Assembly: GCA_028282585.1 (NCBI GenBank)
Contig: JANQHR010000144.1
Span: forward strand, 44,445-108,444
DNA: 64,000 bases
Reading direction: 5' to 3'
DNA from: Bacteroidales bacterium
GTDB lineage: Bacteria > Bacteroidota > Bacteroidia > Bacteroidales > UBA12077
Made by a program: the position numbers and the translations under genes. The notes below the pieces were generated by a model. The model worked only from the letters and a program-made list of their open reading frames with translations. It did not search any database and was not told the DNA's origin. Below are positions 9,831 through 21,243 of the stretch, piece by piece. Position 1 is the stretch's first letter. Every line of letters starts with the position of its first letter.

Positions 9831-9864
9831 TGTATACAAATCTATACAATAAGAATGAATTCTT
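9831..9864 (-). promoter_or_regulatory. tetR promoter with two palindromic candidate operators
   Basis: Minus-strand TAGATTTG (9837-9844) lies within TGTATA-N6-TATACA (9831-9848). AAGAAT-GA-ATTCTT is at 9851-9864. Confidence 0.5.
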
Positions 9865-9946
9865 TTAAAATAGTGAGAAAAATGAAGTTTGTAAATCTCA
9901 AAATATCTTATAACTTTAAAACTACATTCATATTAAATAATATAGG

Positions 9947-11905
9947 ATGAATTTAAAACATATTAGCTACTTAATCATTATTTCGCTTTTAATAAGCTCT
10001 TTATCTTTAATAGGACAAAAACTACCTGAAGAAATTAAAAAAGATATTTCTGTTTTAGGTGATGAACAAAAAGTTGAATATTTAAGTAAACAGTGTTGGA
10101 ATAACCGAGAAAAGGATACGGATTCTGCTTTAATCTATGGTAATTATGCAATTAAACTAGCAGATAGCCTTGCATTTTATAACCAATTAGCAAAAGTTAA
10201 TAACTTCGTTGGCGTAATTTATTTACATTATATTCATGATATACATGCTTCAATTTCATATTTTCATAGTGCGTTAGCAACTGCGCTTCAAGTTAGGGAC
10301 ACATTGCAAATTGCTTATTCGTATAATAACCTTGGGGATGCTTTCTATTTAACTGGAAACACACAGTTGGCATTAGAATATGGAGAAAATTCCCTTCATT
10401 ATTTTAGTGAATTAAATAACAAACAAGGTATTGCATATAGTTATATAAATTTAGGATTAGCAAATAGAGCCGATAAAAGCTATGATAAGTCAATAGAGTA
10501 TTTTGATAAAGCTGTTGATTTAAGAAAAACTATGGGAGATAATGTGGGAATTGCTTCGGGAATTTATGAAATTGCCCGAAGTTATTTTGAAAAATCGGAT
10601 TATAAACAGGCAAGGCTTTATTATGATAAATCATTGGATCTACATTTAGAATTGGATAACAAGATGTACATAGCATTGTGTCTTAATGGACTTGGAGATA
10701 TTTGTTTTGTTGAAAGGAACTATAAAAATGCACTTAAAAAGTATAATGAAGCGTTGAAGCATAACAAAGAAGGTAACCGTAAAAGTGGAATGATTCAGAA
10801 TCACTTAGGAAGAGCGCTAGTATTCTCAAAGATAGATAAAAGGAGAAATGGGGAAAAAGCTCTGTTAAAGGCGCTAAAATTAGCTGAGCAATTAGGTTAC
10901 CCATCACTTATATTGGAAGCTTATGAAACACGAGCTGAATTTTACTCTAATGTTGGTGATTATAAATTATCTAATACAAGTTATCGCAGGTACGTAACAA
11001 TTTACGATTCATTATTTACTGTTGAACAGCAGGAAACATTAGCAGAGATGCAACACAATTTTTTTATAACTCAAAACCTTTATAAAGTAAATAATGATTT
11101 AGAGATAAAAAAGAGGGAGGCTTTAGTACTTATTTTTACAATAATCATATTTGTTGTTTTAGGTATAGCTTTTATTTGGAAGTTCATTTCCAATGTGCAG
11201 TTAAACAGAAAGTTAAAGTCCATAAACGATTCGAAGGATAAATTATTTTCAATTGTTTCACATGATTTAAAAAGCCCATTTAATTCTATATTAGGGTTTA
11301 GCGAGTTGATGATGAAGAGCGTTGATGGTAAAAGTATTGGAGATACCAGTAAATATACCAACTATATTAATCAATTGTCAAAACAGTCAGTTGGACTTAT
11401 TAACAACCTTTCAAATTGGTCAATGTCACAACGAGGTATATTGGTGTTAAATGAAGAAAAATTCAACCTACATAATTTAATTAAAGAAATACATGATATT
11501 AATAGTATTTCAGCTCAAAAAAAGGGTATTGAACTTAGTATCAATATTACAGAACCATTGGATGTTTATGCCGATAAAGAAATTCTTCGTACGGTTTTTA
11601 CCAATTTAATGACTAATGCTATAAAGTTTACACCACAGAATGGGAAGATTATTGTATCAGCTCAAATTAAACATAAGTATTTAGAGGTTAAGTTTAAAGA
11701 CTCTGGAGTTGGAATTAAAGAAGATGATATAAGTAAATTATTTGACATTAAAAATAATTATACAACACCAGGTACTAATGATGAGAAGGGAACTGGATTA
11801 GGCTTGATTATATGTAAGGAATTTATTGAATTACATAAAGGAAAAATAGACTTAGAAAGCCAAGTTGGTAAGGGAACTAATTTCACGGTTATTTTGCCTC
11901 AATAG
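9947..11905 (+). CDS. TPR-repeat sensor histidine kinase
   Basis: Signal peptide, TPRs (YSYNNLG, YSYINLG, CLNGLG), TM helix, H-box SHDLKSPF, N-box NAIKFT, DSGVG and GTGLGL. Confidence 0.93.
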   Translation: MNLKHISYLIIISLLISSLSLIGQKLPEEIKKDISVLGDEQKVEYLSKQCWNNREKDTDSALIYGNYAIKLADSLAFYNQLAKVNNFVGVIYLHYIHDIHASISYFHSALATALQVRDTLQIAYSYNNLGDAFYLTGNTQLALEYGENSLHYFSELNNKQGIAYSYINLGLANRADKSYDKSIEYFDKAVDLRKTMGDNVGIASGIYEIARSYFEKSDYKQARLYYDKSLDLHLELDNKMYIALCLNGLGDICFVERNYKNALKKYNEALKHNKEGNRKSGMIQNHLGRALVFSKIDKRRNGEKALLKALKLAEQLGYPSLILEAYETRAEFYSNVGDYKLSNTSYRRYVTIYDSLFTVEQQETLAEMQHNFFITQNLYKVNNDLEIKKREALVLIFTIIIFVVLGIAFIWKFISNVQLNRKLKSINDSKDKLFSIVSHDLKSPFNSILGFSELMMKSVDGKSIGDTSKYTNYINQLSKQSVGLINNLSNWSMSQRGILVLNEEKFNLHNLIKEIHDINSISAQKKGIELSINITEPLDVYADKEILRTVFTNLMTNAIKFTPQNGKIIVSAQIKHKYLEVKFKDSGVGIKEDDISKLFDIKNNYTTPGTNDEKGTGLGLIICKEFIELHKGKIDLESQVGKGTNFTVILPQ

Positions 11906-11928
11906 AAATAAAGAAGGCGGAATTGTAA

Positions 11929-13542
11929 CTATTTATTCAATTTTTCTGCTAGATTTAAAGCTTGGTAAGCACTTACAATACCACCTGTAACGGATAATTC
12001 TCCAAATTCTACCTTCTTCTTTTTAGCTCCAGGTTTATAAACGAGATGATCAGGGTACGTTATTGCAGATTTCAGTAAAATGTCCTTAAGTTCTTTATAG
12101 TTCAAATCGGGATAATATGATAATACAAGAGCTGCTACACCTGATACAATCGGGCTAGAGAAACTGGTACCATCCGCTATATCATAATTACTTTCAGGGG
12201 CTAATGATTTAATTCTTACTCCAGGAGCAAAAATATCAACCATTTCTTTTCCATAATTTGAGAAATTTGCTGCAAATTTTAAATCATGATTCATAGCTGA
12301 TGCTCCAACCGAAATGTAATTGTCGATTTTAAATTCACCATTAATATTAGGTGTAGGAAATTGTTTTACTTTATCAATATTGTTGCCGTCATTTCCCGCT
12401 GCATGTATTATTAATACTCCTTTTTTTTGCGCATAAAGAATAGCCTCATCAACCAAGTATTTATAAGGAGACAATTCTTTTCCAAAGCTCATATTTATTA
12501 TTCTTGCACCATTATCAACAGCATAACGAATAGCTTTTGCAATATCTTTATCTCTTTCATCACCATTAGGAACTGCTTTCAAAGCAATGATTTTTACATT
12601 TTCTACAATACCTTTAATTCCCTTTTCATTGTTTCTATTAGCAGCTATTATACCAGCTACAAAAGTTCCATGATCTGCCTCCGGGCCGTAAACATTATTG
12701 TTTCCATAACTTTCCTCAATGTCAGTTGGGTTATCACCAATGATATCTCGAGGATTAAAATCTATATTTAAATGGTAATTTAGTTCTTCGTTTACATATA
12801 CTTCAAATTCATCAAATATTTCTTCATTAAAACCGTACTTTACAAAGTTGTATTGAAACTTAATATCCTTTTTCAGCTCTTTATTATGTATCTTTAAGCT
12901 ATCGAGGTCACGAAGTGTTATAACTTCTTTTTTAGCTGCTTTAGCAATATTATCATAAGATGAATTGTAGTTCCTTTTAAAATTTTCAAGATATTCTTTG
13001 TTTTTGTTAGCCTCTTTGAGTGCCTTTTCATATCTTTTTTTTGCGTCAAGGTAGAGTTTATAAGTTTCTTTTTCCGAATCGCTTAGTTGATTGCTTTTTA
13101 CATTTTCAAACTTATCTTTATTTTGTTTGTAAATACGTGTAATTTCAAGGTTTTCATAAGAAATATTTTCTCCTTTTGAGTTTCCAATAAAATTCCAACC
13201 GTTAATATCATCAACATATCCGTTATAATCATCGTCAATTCCATTATCAGGAATTTCGTCTTGATTTATCCAGATATTATCCTTTAAATCTTCGTGATTT
13301 ACATCTATTCCTCCATCGATAACAGCCACTATTACCGTAGTTGATTCTTTACTTTGTAAAAGTTGCTCATACGCTTTATTTACCTCTGCTCCATATATAA
13401 AATCATCAATAGGTGATTTATTAAACCAATCAAAATATTTATCTTTTTTTACTTCATTACTAGTAGAGTTATTATTATTTTGTGCAAATAAATAATTAGC
13501 AACAAAGAAATATATGGTTAAAATTACAAGTATCTTTTTCAT
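11929..13542 (-). CDS. Secreted S8 (subtilisin-like) serine peptidase
   Basis: Catalytic triad motifs VAVIDGG, HGTFVAG, GTSFSSP; signal peptide. Confidence 0.93.
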   Translation of the reverse strand: MKKILVILTIYFFVANYLFAQNNNNSTSNEVKKDKYFDWFNKSPIDDFIYGAEVNKAYEQLLQSKESTTVIVAVIDGGIDVNHEDLKDNIWINQDEIPDNGIDDDYNGYVDDINGWNFIGNSKGENISYENLEITRIYKQNKDKFENVKSNQLSDSEKETYKLYLDAKKRYEKALKEANKNKEYLENFKRNYNSSYDNIAKAAKKEVITLRDLDSLKIHNKELKKDIKFQYNFVKYGFNEEIFDEFEVYVNEELNYHLNIDFNPRDIIGDNPTDIEESYGNNNVYGPEADHGTFVAGIIAANRNNEKGIKGIVENVKIIALKAVPNGDERDKDIAKAIRYAVDNGARIINMSFGKELSPYKYLVDEAILYAQKKGVLIIHAAGNDGNNIDKVKQFPTPNINGEFKIDNYISVGASAMNHDLKFAANFSNYGKEMVDIFAPGVRIKSLAPESNYDIADGTSFSSPIVSGVAALVLSYYPDLNYKELKDILLKSAITYPDHLVYKPGAKKKKVEFGELSVTGGIVSAYQALNLAEKLNK

Positions 13543-13572
13543 TTTTTATAAATATATTTCTACTCATACAAC

Positions 13573-13602
13573 AAAAAAAGAGAAAGGTTTACTTTCTCTT
13601 TT
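13573..13602 (-). terminator. Terminator after the isoaspartyl peptidase gene
   Basis: AAAAGAGAAAG-GTTTA-CTTTCTCTTTT with an A run that reads as a U tract on the minus strand. Confidence 0.6.
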
Positions 13603-13624
13603 CTTTAGCGCAAATTTGATAAAT

Positions 13625-14602
13625 TTATTTGAATATTGCAACTTCTTTTTCACCTGTTGATTTTGCATAGGCCCTAAACATCATATTTGTATTAAAAGGC
13701 ATAGCAACATTTCCATCCTTATCTACGGCAATAATTCCACCTAAGCCATCAACTTCTGCAAGTTTTTTATTTATAACTAAATTTGAAGCTTCTTCTAAGC
13801 TCATACCCTTATACTCCATTAAAGCAGAAATGTCATGAGCTACAGCATATCTAATGAAGAATTCACCATGTCCAGTGGCGGAAACCGCACAAGTATTATT
13901 GTTAGCATAATTTCCTGCACCAATAATTGGTGAATCGCCAATTCTACCGTATTTTTTATTGGTTCTACCACCGGTTGATGTTCCGGCTGCCAGATTACCA
14001 TATTTATCAAGAACAACACAACCAACCGTTCCGTGTTTTTCTGATTTCAATACATTTTGTAGGCTTTTCCATCTTTTTTCAGTAAAGAAATAAGAAGAAT
14101 CAACAATTTCTATTCCTTGTTTTTCAGCAAATTGAGAAGCTCCGTTACCCGAAAGTAGAACGTGCTCGGAGTTTAGCATTACTTCAATCGCTAACGAAAT
14201 AGGATTTTTTACATCATCTACTCCTGCAACAGCTCCGGCATTTAGATCCCAACCCTGCATTATTGAAGCATCCAGTTCATTTCTTCCATCATGGGTAAAA
14301 ACGGCACCTTTACCAGCATTAAATAATGGGCAATCTTCTAAAAAAATTATGGTTTTTTCAATAGCCTCAAGGCAAGTTCCTCCGTTTTTAAGTATATTTT
14401 CTCCAATAGTTAACGCTTGGTTTAACTTTTCTTTGTATTCTTTTTGTTGTTCCTCATTTATATCTCTGTTACTTGCATTTCCTGCACCTCCATGTATGAC
14501 AATTACATATTCAGGTTTAGATGAAGGTTCCTCTGTAGAACAGTTTACTGCAAGAACTGATAAGGTTAATAGTAGAATTGTTTGTGTTATTCTTGTTTTC
14601 AT
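13625..14602 (-). CDS. iaaA: Isoaspartyl peptidase / L-asparaginase type 2 (Ntn hydrolase), probable lipoprotein
   Basis: IHGGAG, FNAGKG, HG|TVG autocleavage Thr, TSTGG, GRIGDSP, TGHGE; lipobox-like LAVNC. Confidence 0.92.
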   Translation of the reverse strand: MKTRITQTILLLTLSVLAVNCSTEEPSSKPEYVIVIHGGAGNASNRDINEEQQKEYKEKLNQALTIGENILKNGGTCLEAIEKTIIFLEDCPLFNAGKGAVFTHDGRNELDASIMQGWDLNAGAVAGVDDVKNPISLAIEVMLNSEHVLLSGNGASQFAEKQGIEIVDSSYFFTEKRWKSLQNVLKSEKHGTVGCVVLDKYGNLAAGTSTGGRTNKKYGRIGDSPIIGAGNYANNNTCAVSATGHGEFFIRYAVAHDISALMEYKGMSLEEASNLVINKKLAEVDGLGGIIAVDKDGNVAMPFNTNMMFRAYAKSTGEKEVAIFK

Positions 14603-14748
14603 GTGGTGTATTCTTTAGCAATTACTTAATAGGTTTTTATAATATTCTAATAATTGACTCTAAAGATATAAAATGAAATCTATACTCCAAATTAGTTCAT
14701 TGACTCGAAAAAAATATAGGGTATTTTTACAGACTGTAATGATTGACT

Positions 14749-16392
14749 TTACTTACTGTTAATAAAGAATTTCTCAATCATTTCAAGTAAAGCGTATGAT
14801 TTTATAGGTTTAGGTATGTATTCGTTGCATCCTGCATCAATACAAATATCTCGTTCGTTTTTTAAAATAAATGCAGATTGAGCAATTATTGGTAAATGTG
14901 GTTTAAAAGCTTTTATTTTTTTTGTTGCTTCAATACCATCAAGAACAGGCATTTTAATATCCATTAAGACCAGATCATAATCTATCTTTAAGCACTTTTC
15001 TACTGCATCTTCGCCGTTTCTAACCCAGTCTAAACATACATGCGTTCGAACTAATGATGCTTTAATTACTTCGTAATTGGATACTTCATCTTCTGCAATT
15101 AATACCTTCTTTCCAACCCAATTATAAGTTGTTTTTTGACTGTTTTTATTTCCAATCTCAAGAAATGTTACTTTATTAGGTAAGGAAAAATAGAATATGG
15201 AACCTATTCCTAAGTTTGATTCAACCCAAATATTACCACCTAAAAGGTTTACCAGTCTTTTGGTAATAGTAAGACCAATACCTGTTCCTCTATACAACGT
15301 TGTGCGATCTTCTATTTTAGTAAAATGATTAAATATTGTATCTAACTTTTCTTCAGGTATACCAATTCCAGTATCTCTAACATAAAAAATGGGTTCATCA
15401 TGTTGGTTAATGTCAAAACCAAATTCAATAAATCCTTTGTGAGTATATTTTAATGCATTATTTAATAAATGATTAAAGACCTGATTAAATCTAAATTCGT
15501 CTGTTTCAATATAGGCAATAGAATCGCCAAATGGATTATGAAGAAGTAATTCAACATTTTTTTTATTTCTCGATTGTTCTTTCGCGAATTGTTCGTACAA
15601 CTCATTTAAAATTTTGGAAATATTAAATTTTCTATTGTTTATTTTTAAATTACCACTATCTAGTTGAGCCATATCAATAATATCGTCGATAAGCTTAAGT
15701 AACATATTACTGCTTTCAGATACTTGTTCAGCAAATTCTTTACGTGTTTGTTGATCAGTAGTTGATTCAGCAATTAGTTCAGAAAATCCGATTATAGCAT
15801 TCAATGGAGTACGTATTTCATGTGACATATTTGTAAGAAATGCCGATTTTAATTTGTCTGACTCTTCTGCTTTCAGTTTTGCTACCTCAAGTTTATTTCT
15901 AGATTCGACCCATTCCGTAATATCTTCGCCCATACCTAATATAAAAACCGGATTCCCGTGTTTATCCTTTATTACTGTAGCAACCAGTTTTAACCAAATT
16001 TTGTTTTGATTTTTTGTTAAATAAACTGCTTCGGTTACATGTTTATCTAGTTTAGAATCAAACATATCCTGAATTATCTTTTTAGCATTTTCACCATTGC
16101 TTTCAGGTATTAAATCAAGATAAGTTTTATTACTTAGATCATCCGGATTATATCCAAATAGGTCGTGGAAACTTTTATTGTATTTGCGAATTTTTAAATC
16201 TTTATCAATTATTCCAATTCCAATCCCGGCTTCCTTAAACATTGATTCAAATAACCGTTCTTTTTCGCTAATATTTCCTCGTGATTTTAATTCTTCGCAC
16301 TCTTTCTTCAATTTAAAGATTTCTTGTTTTAAATGAAGAACCTCGTCCTCTAGTTGTTCTTTATATATATTTATATCGGAATAACTCATCAA
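14749..16392 (-). CDS. Cytoplasmic PAS hybrid histidine kinase / response regulator
   Basis: Coiled coil, PAS/PAC, SHEIRTPLN, NALKYT, GTGIGL, receiver domain (AEDE, LMDIKMP, KP). Confidence 0.93.
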   Translation of the reverse strand: MMSYSDINIYKEQLEDEVLHLKQEIFKLKKECEELKSRGNISEKERLFESMFKEAGIGIGIIDKDLKIRKYNKSFHDLFGYNPDDLSNKTYLDLIPESNGENAKKIIQDMFDSKLDKHVTEAVYLTKNQNKIWLKLVATVIKDKHGNPVFILGMGEDITEWVESRNKLEVAKLKAEESDKLKSAFLTNMSHEIRTPLNAIIGFSELIAESTTDQQTRKEFAEQVSESSNMLLKLIDDIIDMAQLDSGNLKINNRKFNISKILNELYEQFAKEQSRNKKNVELLLHNPFGDSIAYIETDEFRFNQVFNHLLNNALKYTHKGFIEFGFDINQHDEPIFYVRDTGIGIPEEKLDTIFNHFTKIEDRTTLYRGTGIGLTITKRLVNLLGGNIWVESNLGIGSIFYFSLPNKVTFLEIGNKNSQKTTYNWVGKKVLIAEDEVSNYEVIKASLVRTHVCLDWVRNGEDAVEKCLKIDYDLVLMDIKMPVLDGIEATKKIKAFKPHLPIIAQSAFILKNERDICIDAGCNEYIPKPIKSYALLEMIEKFFINSK

Positions 16393-16641
16393 AACTTAAA
16401 TAATGTTTGTTGAAATCAAAATTCCTTATAATTTTAAATAAGTACAAATAAATCAGTGTTTAATAGGATAGTATTTTGACTAATGATATGATCTATACTT
16501 TTATTTAAGTATTTATGTTGATGAACAATTTCTGAGACTTAATGTTAATCAATAAACAATAAACAGTTATTAACCAACTAATTTATTGACATTCGATGGA
16601 TTTCATAATAACTTTATAAAACCTAACTAAAACTTAAAATT

Positions 16642-17634
16642 ATGGCAGACTTATCGACTAGCTATTTGGGGCTTAAACTCCGTAATCCAATTATTGCAGC
16701 AAGTTCAGGATTAACAAATTCAGTGGAGGATATAAAAGAGTTTGAACAAAATGGTGCAGGAGCTGTGGTTCTCAAATCTATCTTTGAAGAAGAGATACGA
16801 AGAGAACTCGAAAGAAATCTGGGAGACATGCAAATGGATACATTTTTGTATCCTGAAACAATGGATTATTATGATAATTATGCTGAAGATGATTCACTTA
16901 CAAATTATCTTCGATTAATACGAGAAGCAAAGCAAGCTGTTGATATTCCAATCATTGCAAGTATAAACTGCGTTACTGCAGATAAATGGCCGTATTATGC
17001 CGAAACTTTGCAAGATGCAGGTGCCGATGCATTGGAATTAAACATTTTTGTTATGCCTTCGGATTTTGATAAAACCAAGGATGAAAATGAAAAAGTATAT
17101 TTTGATGTTGTAAAAGAAGTAAAAAAGCTAGTTAAAATTCCGGTATCACTTAAGATAAGCTATTATTCATCTAACCTCGGATCATTTATACAAAAGTTAT
17201 CAAAAACAGAAGTTGATGGTTTAGTATTATTTAACCGTTTTTATAGTCCGGATATAGATATTAATAAATTAGACTTATTGTCAACAAATGTAACAAGTAC
17301 TCCAGTCGAGTTGCCCATATCTCTTCGTTGGATAGGTATTATGCATAACAGAGTTGAGTGCGATTTAGCTGCATCAACTGGGATTCATGATGGAGCAGCA
17401 ATTATTAAACAGATTCTGGCCGGTACAAATGTTGTTCAAATTGCCTCTGCCTTTTATAAGAATGGTAAGGGTATAATAAAAGATATGCTTCATGATGTTA
17501 CTACTTGGATGGATTCTAAGGGATTTAAGTCTCTTGAGGATTTTAGAGGGAAAATGAGTCATGAAAAAGCTAAGAATCCTGCTGCTTACGAAAGGATGCA
17601 GTTTATGAAATACTTTTCGGGCAAAGGGTTGTAA
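16642..17634 (+). CDS. Dihydroorotate dehydrogenase-like flavoprotein
   Basis: LGLKLRNPIIAASS, VLKSIFEE, IASIN, LFNRFY, STGIHD. Lacks the SCPN loop (ELNIFVMP), consistent with the DHOD-like subfamily. Confidence 0.88.
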   Translation: MADLSTSYLGLKLRNPIIAASSGLTNSVEDIKEFEQNGAGAVVLKSIFEEEIRRELERNLGDMQMDTFLYPETMDYYDNYAEDDSLTNYLRLIREAKQAVDIPIIASINCVTADKWPYYAETLQDAGADALELNIFVMPSDFDKTKDENEKVYFDVVKEVKKLVKIPVSLKISYYSSNLGSFIQKLSKTEVDGLVLFNRFYSPDIDINKLDLLSTNVTSTPVELPISLRWIGIMHNRVECDLAASTGIHDGAAIIKQILAGTNVVQIASAFYKNGKGIIKDMLHDVTTWMDSKGFKSLEDFRGKMSHEKAKNPAAYERMQFMKYFSGKGL

Positions 17635-17653
17635 GTGCAACATAATTAGAGTT

Positions 17654-17680
17654 AAAGCCTGCTTTTGCGGGCTTTTTTTT
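17654..17680 (+). terminator. Intrinsic terminator
   Basis: AAAGCCTGC-TTTT-GCGGGCTTT followed by a T tract. Confidence 0.88.
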
Positions 17681-17724
17681 GCCAAATAATAGAAATTTGA
17701 AGCATTATTTGCATTTTTGTAAAT

Positions 17725-19065
17725 ATGTATGCTATTCTTGATATCGAAACTACAGGTTTGAGTCCTTCGAATGAAAAAATTATTGAAATTGCCATTTTTA
17801 TTCATGATGGTAAAGAGATCATTGAAGAATATACTACCCTTATTAATCCCGAACGAAAAGTACCTTACAATATTACTCGTTTAACAGGAATTACAAATGA
17901 AATGGTTGAAGATGCACCAAAATTTTGGGAAATAGCTAAAGATATTGTTTTACTTACCGAAGGAAAATCTATAGTTGCACATAATGCTTCATTTGATTAT
18001 AATTTTATTAGAAATGAATTTAAAAGTTTAGGATATAGTTTCAAAAGAGATAGGCTTTGTACTGTAAAGTTAAGCCGTAAAATAATTCCCACTCATAGTT
18101 CTTATAGTTTAGGTAAACTGTGTCAGGAGTTAGGAATTGAGATTGAAGGAAGACACCGTGCTGCCGGAGATGCATTTGCTACGGTGAAACTATTCGAACA
18201 TTTGTTAAAGATAAACCCAACCTTGGGAAAAATGGATTCAAGTCGGTTTTATAATATCGATGCCGATATAATAAAAAATCTACCGGAAGAAACTGGAGTC
18301 TACTATTTTTATAATAAGGATGGCGATATTATTTATATAGGTAAAAGTAAAGATATTAAAACCAGGGTTTTTTCTCATTTTAGTAATGAAAATTCTGAAC
18401 GAGCGTTAAAAATGGTTGATGAAATATATGATATTTCATATGAACTAACAGGAAGTGAGTTAATTGCTCTTTTGCTGGAGTCGAATGAAATAAAAGTTCA
18501 GAAACCTAAATATAATCGAAGGCAAAGAAGGGTTACGAGTCACTACGGAATATACCAGTATACCGATGAAAACGGTTATTTTTGCTTTAAGGCGGAAGGA
18601 GTTAAAGGTGAAATGCCAATAGTTTGTTTTAACTCTGCAAAAGAAACCCGTGAGAGATTATACCAATTATCGGAAAAGTATGGTTTGTGCCAAAAATTAT
18701 GTGGATTATATGAAGCTTCCGGAGCATGTTTTTATTATCAAATAAAACAATGTAATGGTGCTTGTGTTGGAGAGGAGCCTGTTGTCGATTACAATAAAAA
18801 AGTACAGAAAATGCTGGATGATTTATCTTATAGTTGGCAGAGCTTTTATATTATCGATAAAGGTAGAAATAATGATGAAAAAGGAGTTATAAAAGTCGAA
18901 AACGGTAAGTATATTGGTTTTGGCTATATAAATTCAGAGTATTTTGAAAACAGTCTTGATAATCTCTCAGATATTATAAAACCCTACCCTGATAATAAAG
19001 ATGTTCAACAAATAATTCGTACTTATCTTCGTCAACATTCTATTGAAACTATCATAAAATTCTGA
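17725..19065 (+). CDS. DEDDh exonuclease (DnaQ-like) fused to a GIY-YIG UvrC/Cho-like nuclease domain
   Basis: DIETTG, AHNASFD, HRAAGDA; then GVYYF..IYIGKS, LLESNEIK..PKYN and a Cys cluster. Confidence 0.9.
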   Translation: MYAILDIETTGLSPSNEKIIEIAIFIHDGKEIIEEYTTLINPERKVPYNITRLTGITNEMVEDAPKFWEIAKDIVLLTEGKSIVAHNASFDYNFIRNEFKSLGYSFKRDRLCTVKLSRKIIPTHSSYSLGKLCQELGIEIEGRHRAAGDAFATVKLFEHLLKINPTLGKMDSSRFYNIDADIIKNLPEETGVYYFYNKDGDIIYIGKSKDIKTRVFSHFSNENSERALKMVDEIYDISYELTGSELIALLLESNEIKVQKPKYNRRQRRVTSHYGIYQYTDENGYFCFKAEGVKGEMPIVCFNSAKETRERLYQLSEKYGLCQKLCGLYEASGACFYYQIKQCNGACVGEEPVVDYNKKVQKMLDDLSYSWQSFYIIDKGRNNDEKGVIKVENGKYIGFGYINSEYFENSLDNLSDIIKPYPDNKDVQQIIRTYLRQHSIETIIKF

Positions 19066-19131
19066 AGTTGTTTTCCTAAATTCTAAACAATATTTAGTAT
19101 CTCTTGTTGAAGTGATACTAAACTATTTGAT

Positions 19132-21147
19132 ATGAAACCAAAATATACCAATAAACTGGTTAATGAAACCAGTCCTTATTTATTGCAGCATGCACATAAT
19201 CCTGTAAACTGGTATCCATGGAATGACGAAGCCTTAAATAAAGCTAAAAAGGAAAATAAGCTTTTGTTAATTAGCATTGGTTATTCAGCATGCCACTGGT
19301 GTCATGTAATGGAAAGAGAATCTTTCCATGATGAATCAATTGCTCAGATTATGAATGAAAATTTTATGTGCATTAAAGTAGATCGTGAAGAAAGACCAGA
19401 TATTGATCAAATTTATATGTATGCAGTTCAATTAATAACAGGAAATGGAGGGTGGCCTTTGAATTGTTTTGCACTACCTGACGGGAGACCCGTTTATGGA
19501 GGAACTTACTTTAAACCTGAACAGTGGGAACATATTCTGGAAAGTTTATCAACAACGTATAAAAAAGAACCCGAAAGGTTTGAAAAAGCAGCGAAAGAAA
19601 TAACAAACGGAATTAATGTTTTTGATGATGTAATTAAGATTAAAGAAGACTTAAGTTTTAATTATGAAGATTTATTGGAAATTATGTCAAAACTTCGTAA
19701 AAGCTTTGATCATAAAAATGGAGGGAGTTGGGGCAGTCCAAAGTTTCCAATGCCGGTTAATTATTTCCCGTTAATGCGTTATTATTATCATTCTAAAGAT
19801 CATGATGTACTTAAACATATTAATCTTACATTAAATAAGCTGGCTACAGGTGGAATTTATGATCAGCTAGGGGGTGGTTTTGCACGTTATTCGGTTGATA
19901 AAGAATGGCTAGTTCCTCATTTCGAAAAAATGCTTTACGATAATGCACAATTAGTTAGTTTATATTCTGAAGCCTATAAATTAAATCCGGATATAATTTA
20001 TAAAAGAGTAGTAACTGAAACATTGGAGTTTGTCGAACGAGAATTATTATCTCCTGAAGGAGGGTTTTATTCAGCTTATGATGCAGATAGTGAAGGTGAG
20101 GAGGGTAAGTTTTACATTTGGGATAGATACGAAGTTGATATTTTACTTGGTGAACAATCAAAAGTATTTTGCGATTATTACGATATTTCATTGGCTGGTA
20201 ATTGGGAAGGTCGAAATATCCTTAATATAAAACATACAAAGGAAGAGATTGCAAACAGATATGATATTTCAATTAAAAAGCTGGATGATATTTTAAATAA
20301 GTCAAAACAAGTTCTTTTTGAACAACGTGAAAAAAGAACAAAACCCGGCTTAGATGATAAAACCTTAACATCATGGAATGCTTTAATGGCAAAGGCATTT
20401 ATTAATGCTTATGATACTTTCAATGAAGAGAAATATCTTATTATCGCACAAAAAAATATTGATTTTCTTGAAAAAAATGTTTTAGATTCAAAACTTCAGC
20501 TAAAACGTAACTACAAAAATGGAAAAGCTACTATCAGTGCCTTTTTAGATGATTATGCATTGCTGATCGATGTTTTAATAGAATTATACCAAAATACTTT
20601 TAATGAAGATCGCATTAATCTAGCTATAAGTTTAATGGAATTTACGCTTGAACATTTCTTTGATGCTAGCTCCGGAATGTTTTTTTACACATCAAAAAAA
20701 GCATCCAAATTAATTAAACGCAGTAAAGAGTTAAATGATAATGTAATACCAGCGTCAAATTCGATTATGGCTTCTAATCTGTTTAAGCTAGGTCATTTAT
20801 TTTTAAAGCAAGAATATATAGATATTTCAGAGCAAATGCTTATTAATATGAAAGATAAAGTTATGAGAAACCCATCATATTATGGCAATTGGTTTAATTT
20901 AATAATTCAACATGTTCATAAGCCTCATGAGATTTGTATAGTTGGTGATAATGCTGTTGAGAATAAAAAGGAGTTTAATAAATTCTATCTTCCAAATACA
21001 ATTTTTGCAGGAGGAACGTTAGGGAATATTCCTCTGTTAGAAAATAGATATTCCGAAGGAAAAATGAGCATTTATGTTTGTAAAAACAATGTTTGTAATA
21101 AACCTGTAAAATCTGTTAAGGAAGCTTTAGAGCTGATTTCAAGTTAA
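19132..21147 (+). CDS. YyaL/SSP411-type thioredoxin-domain protein
   Basis: [46 protein letters not shown]. Confidence 0.93.
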   Translation: MKPKYTNKLVNETSPYLLQHAHNPVNWYPWNDEALNKAKKENKLLLISIGYSACHWCHVMERESFHDESIAQIMNENFMCIKVDREERPDIDQIYMYAVQLITGNGGWPLNCFALPDGRPVYGGTYFKPEQWEHILESLSTTYKKEPERFEKAAKEITNGINVFDDVIKIKEDLSFNYEDLLEIMSKLRKSFDHKNGGSWGSPKFPMPVNYFPLMRYYYHSKDHDVLKHINLTLNKLATGGIYDQLGGGFARYSVDKEWLVPHFEKMLYDNAQLVSLYSEAYKLNPDIIYKRVVTETLEFVERELLSPEGGFYSAYDADSEGEEGKFYIWDRYEVDILLGEQSKVFCDYYDISLAGNWEGRNILNIKHTKEEIANRYDISIKKLDDILNKSKQVLFEQREKRTKPGLDDKTLTSWNALMAKAFINAYDTFNEEKYLIIAQKNIDFLEKNVLDSKLQLKRNYKNGKATISAFLDDYALLIDVLIELYQNTFNEDRINLAISLMEFTLEHFFDASSGMFFYTSKKASKLIKRSKELNDNVIPASNSIMASNLFKLGHLFLKQEYIDISEQMLINMKDKVMRNPSYYGNWFNLIIQHVHKPHEICIVGDNAVENKKEFNKFYLPNTIFAGGTLGNIPLLENRYSEGKMSIYVCKNNVCNKPVKSVKEALELISS

Positions 21148-21243
21148 CACACATATTCGGCTGTAGTTTGAAATTAATCCAATAATTAGTATATTTAAGG
21201 TTCATTGTTTGCAAGATTTGAACCCTAAATTACTTAAATAAAG

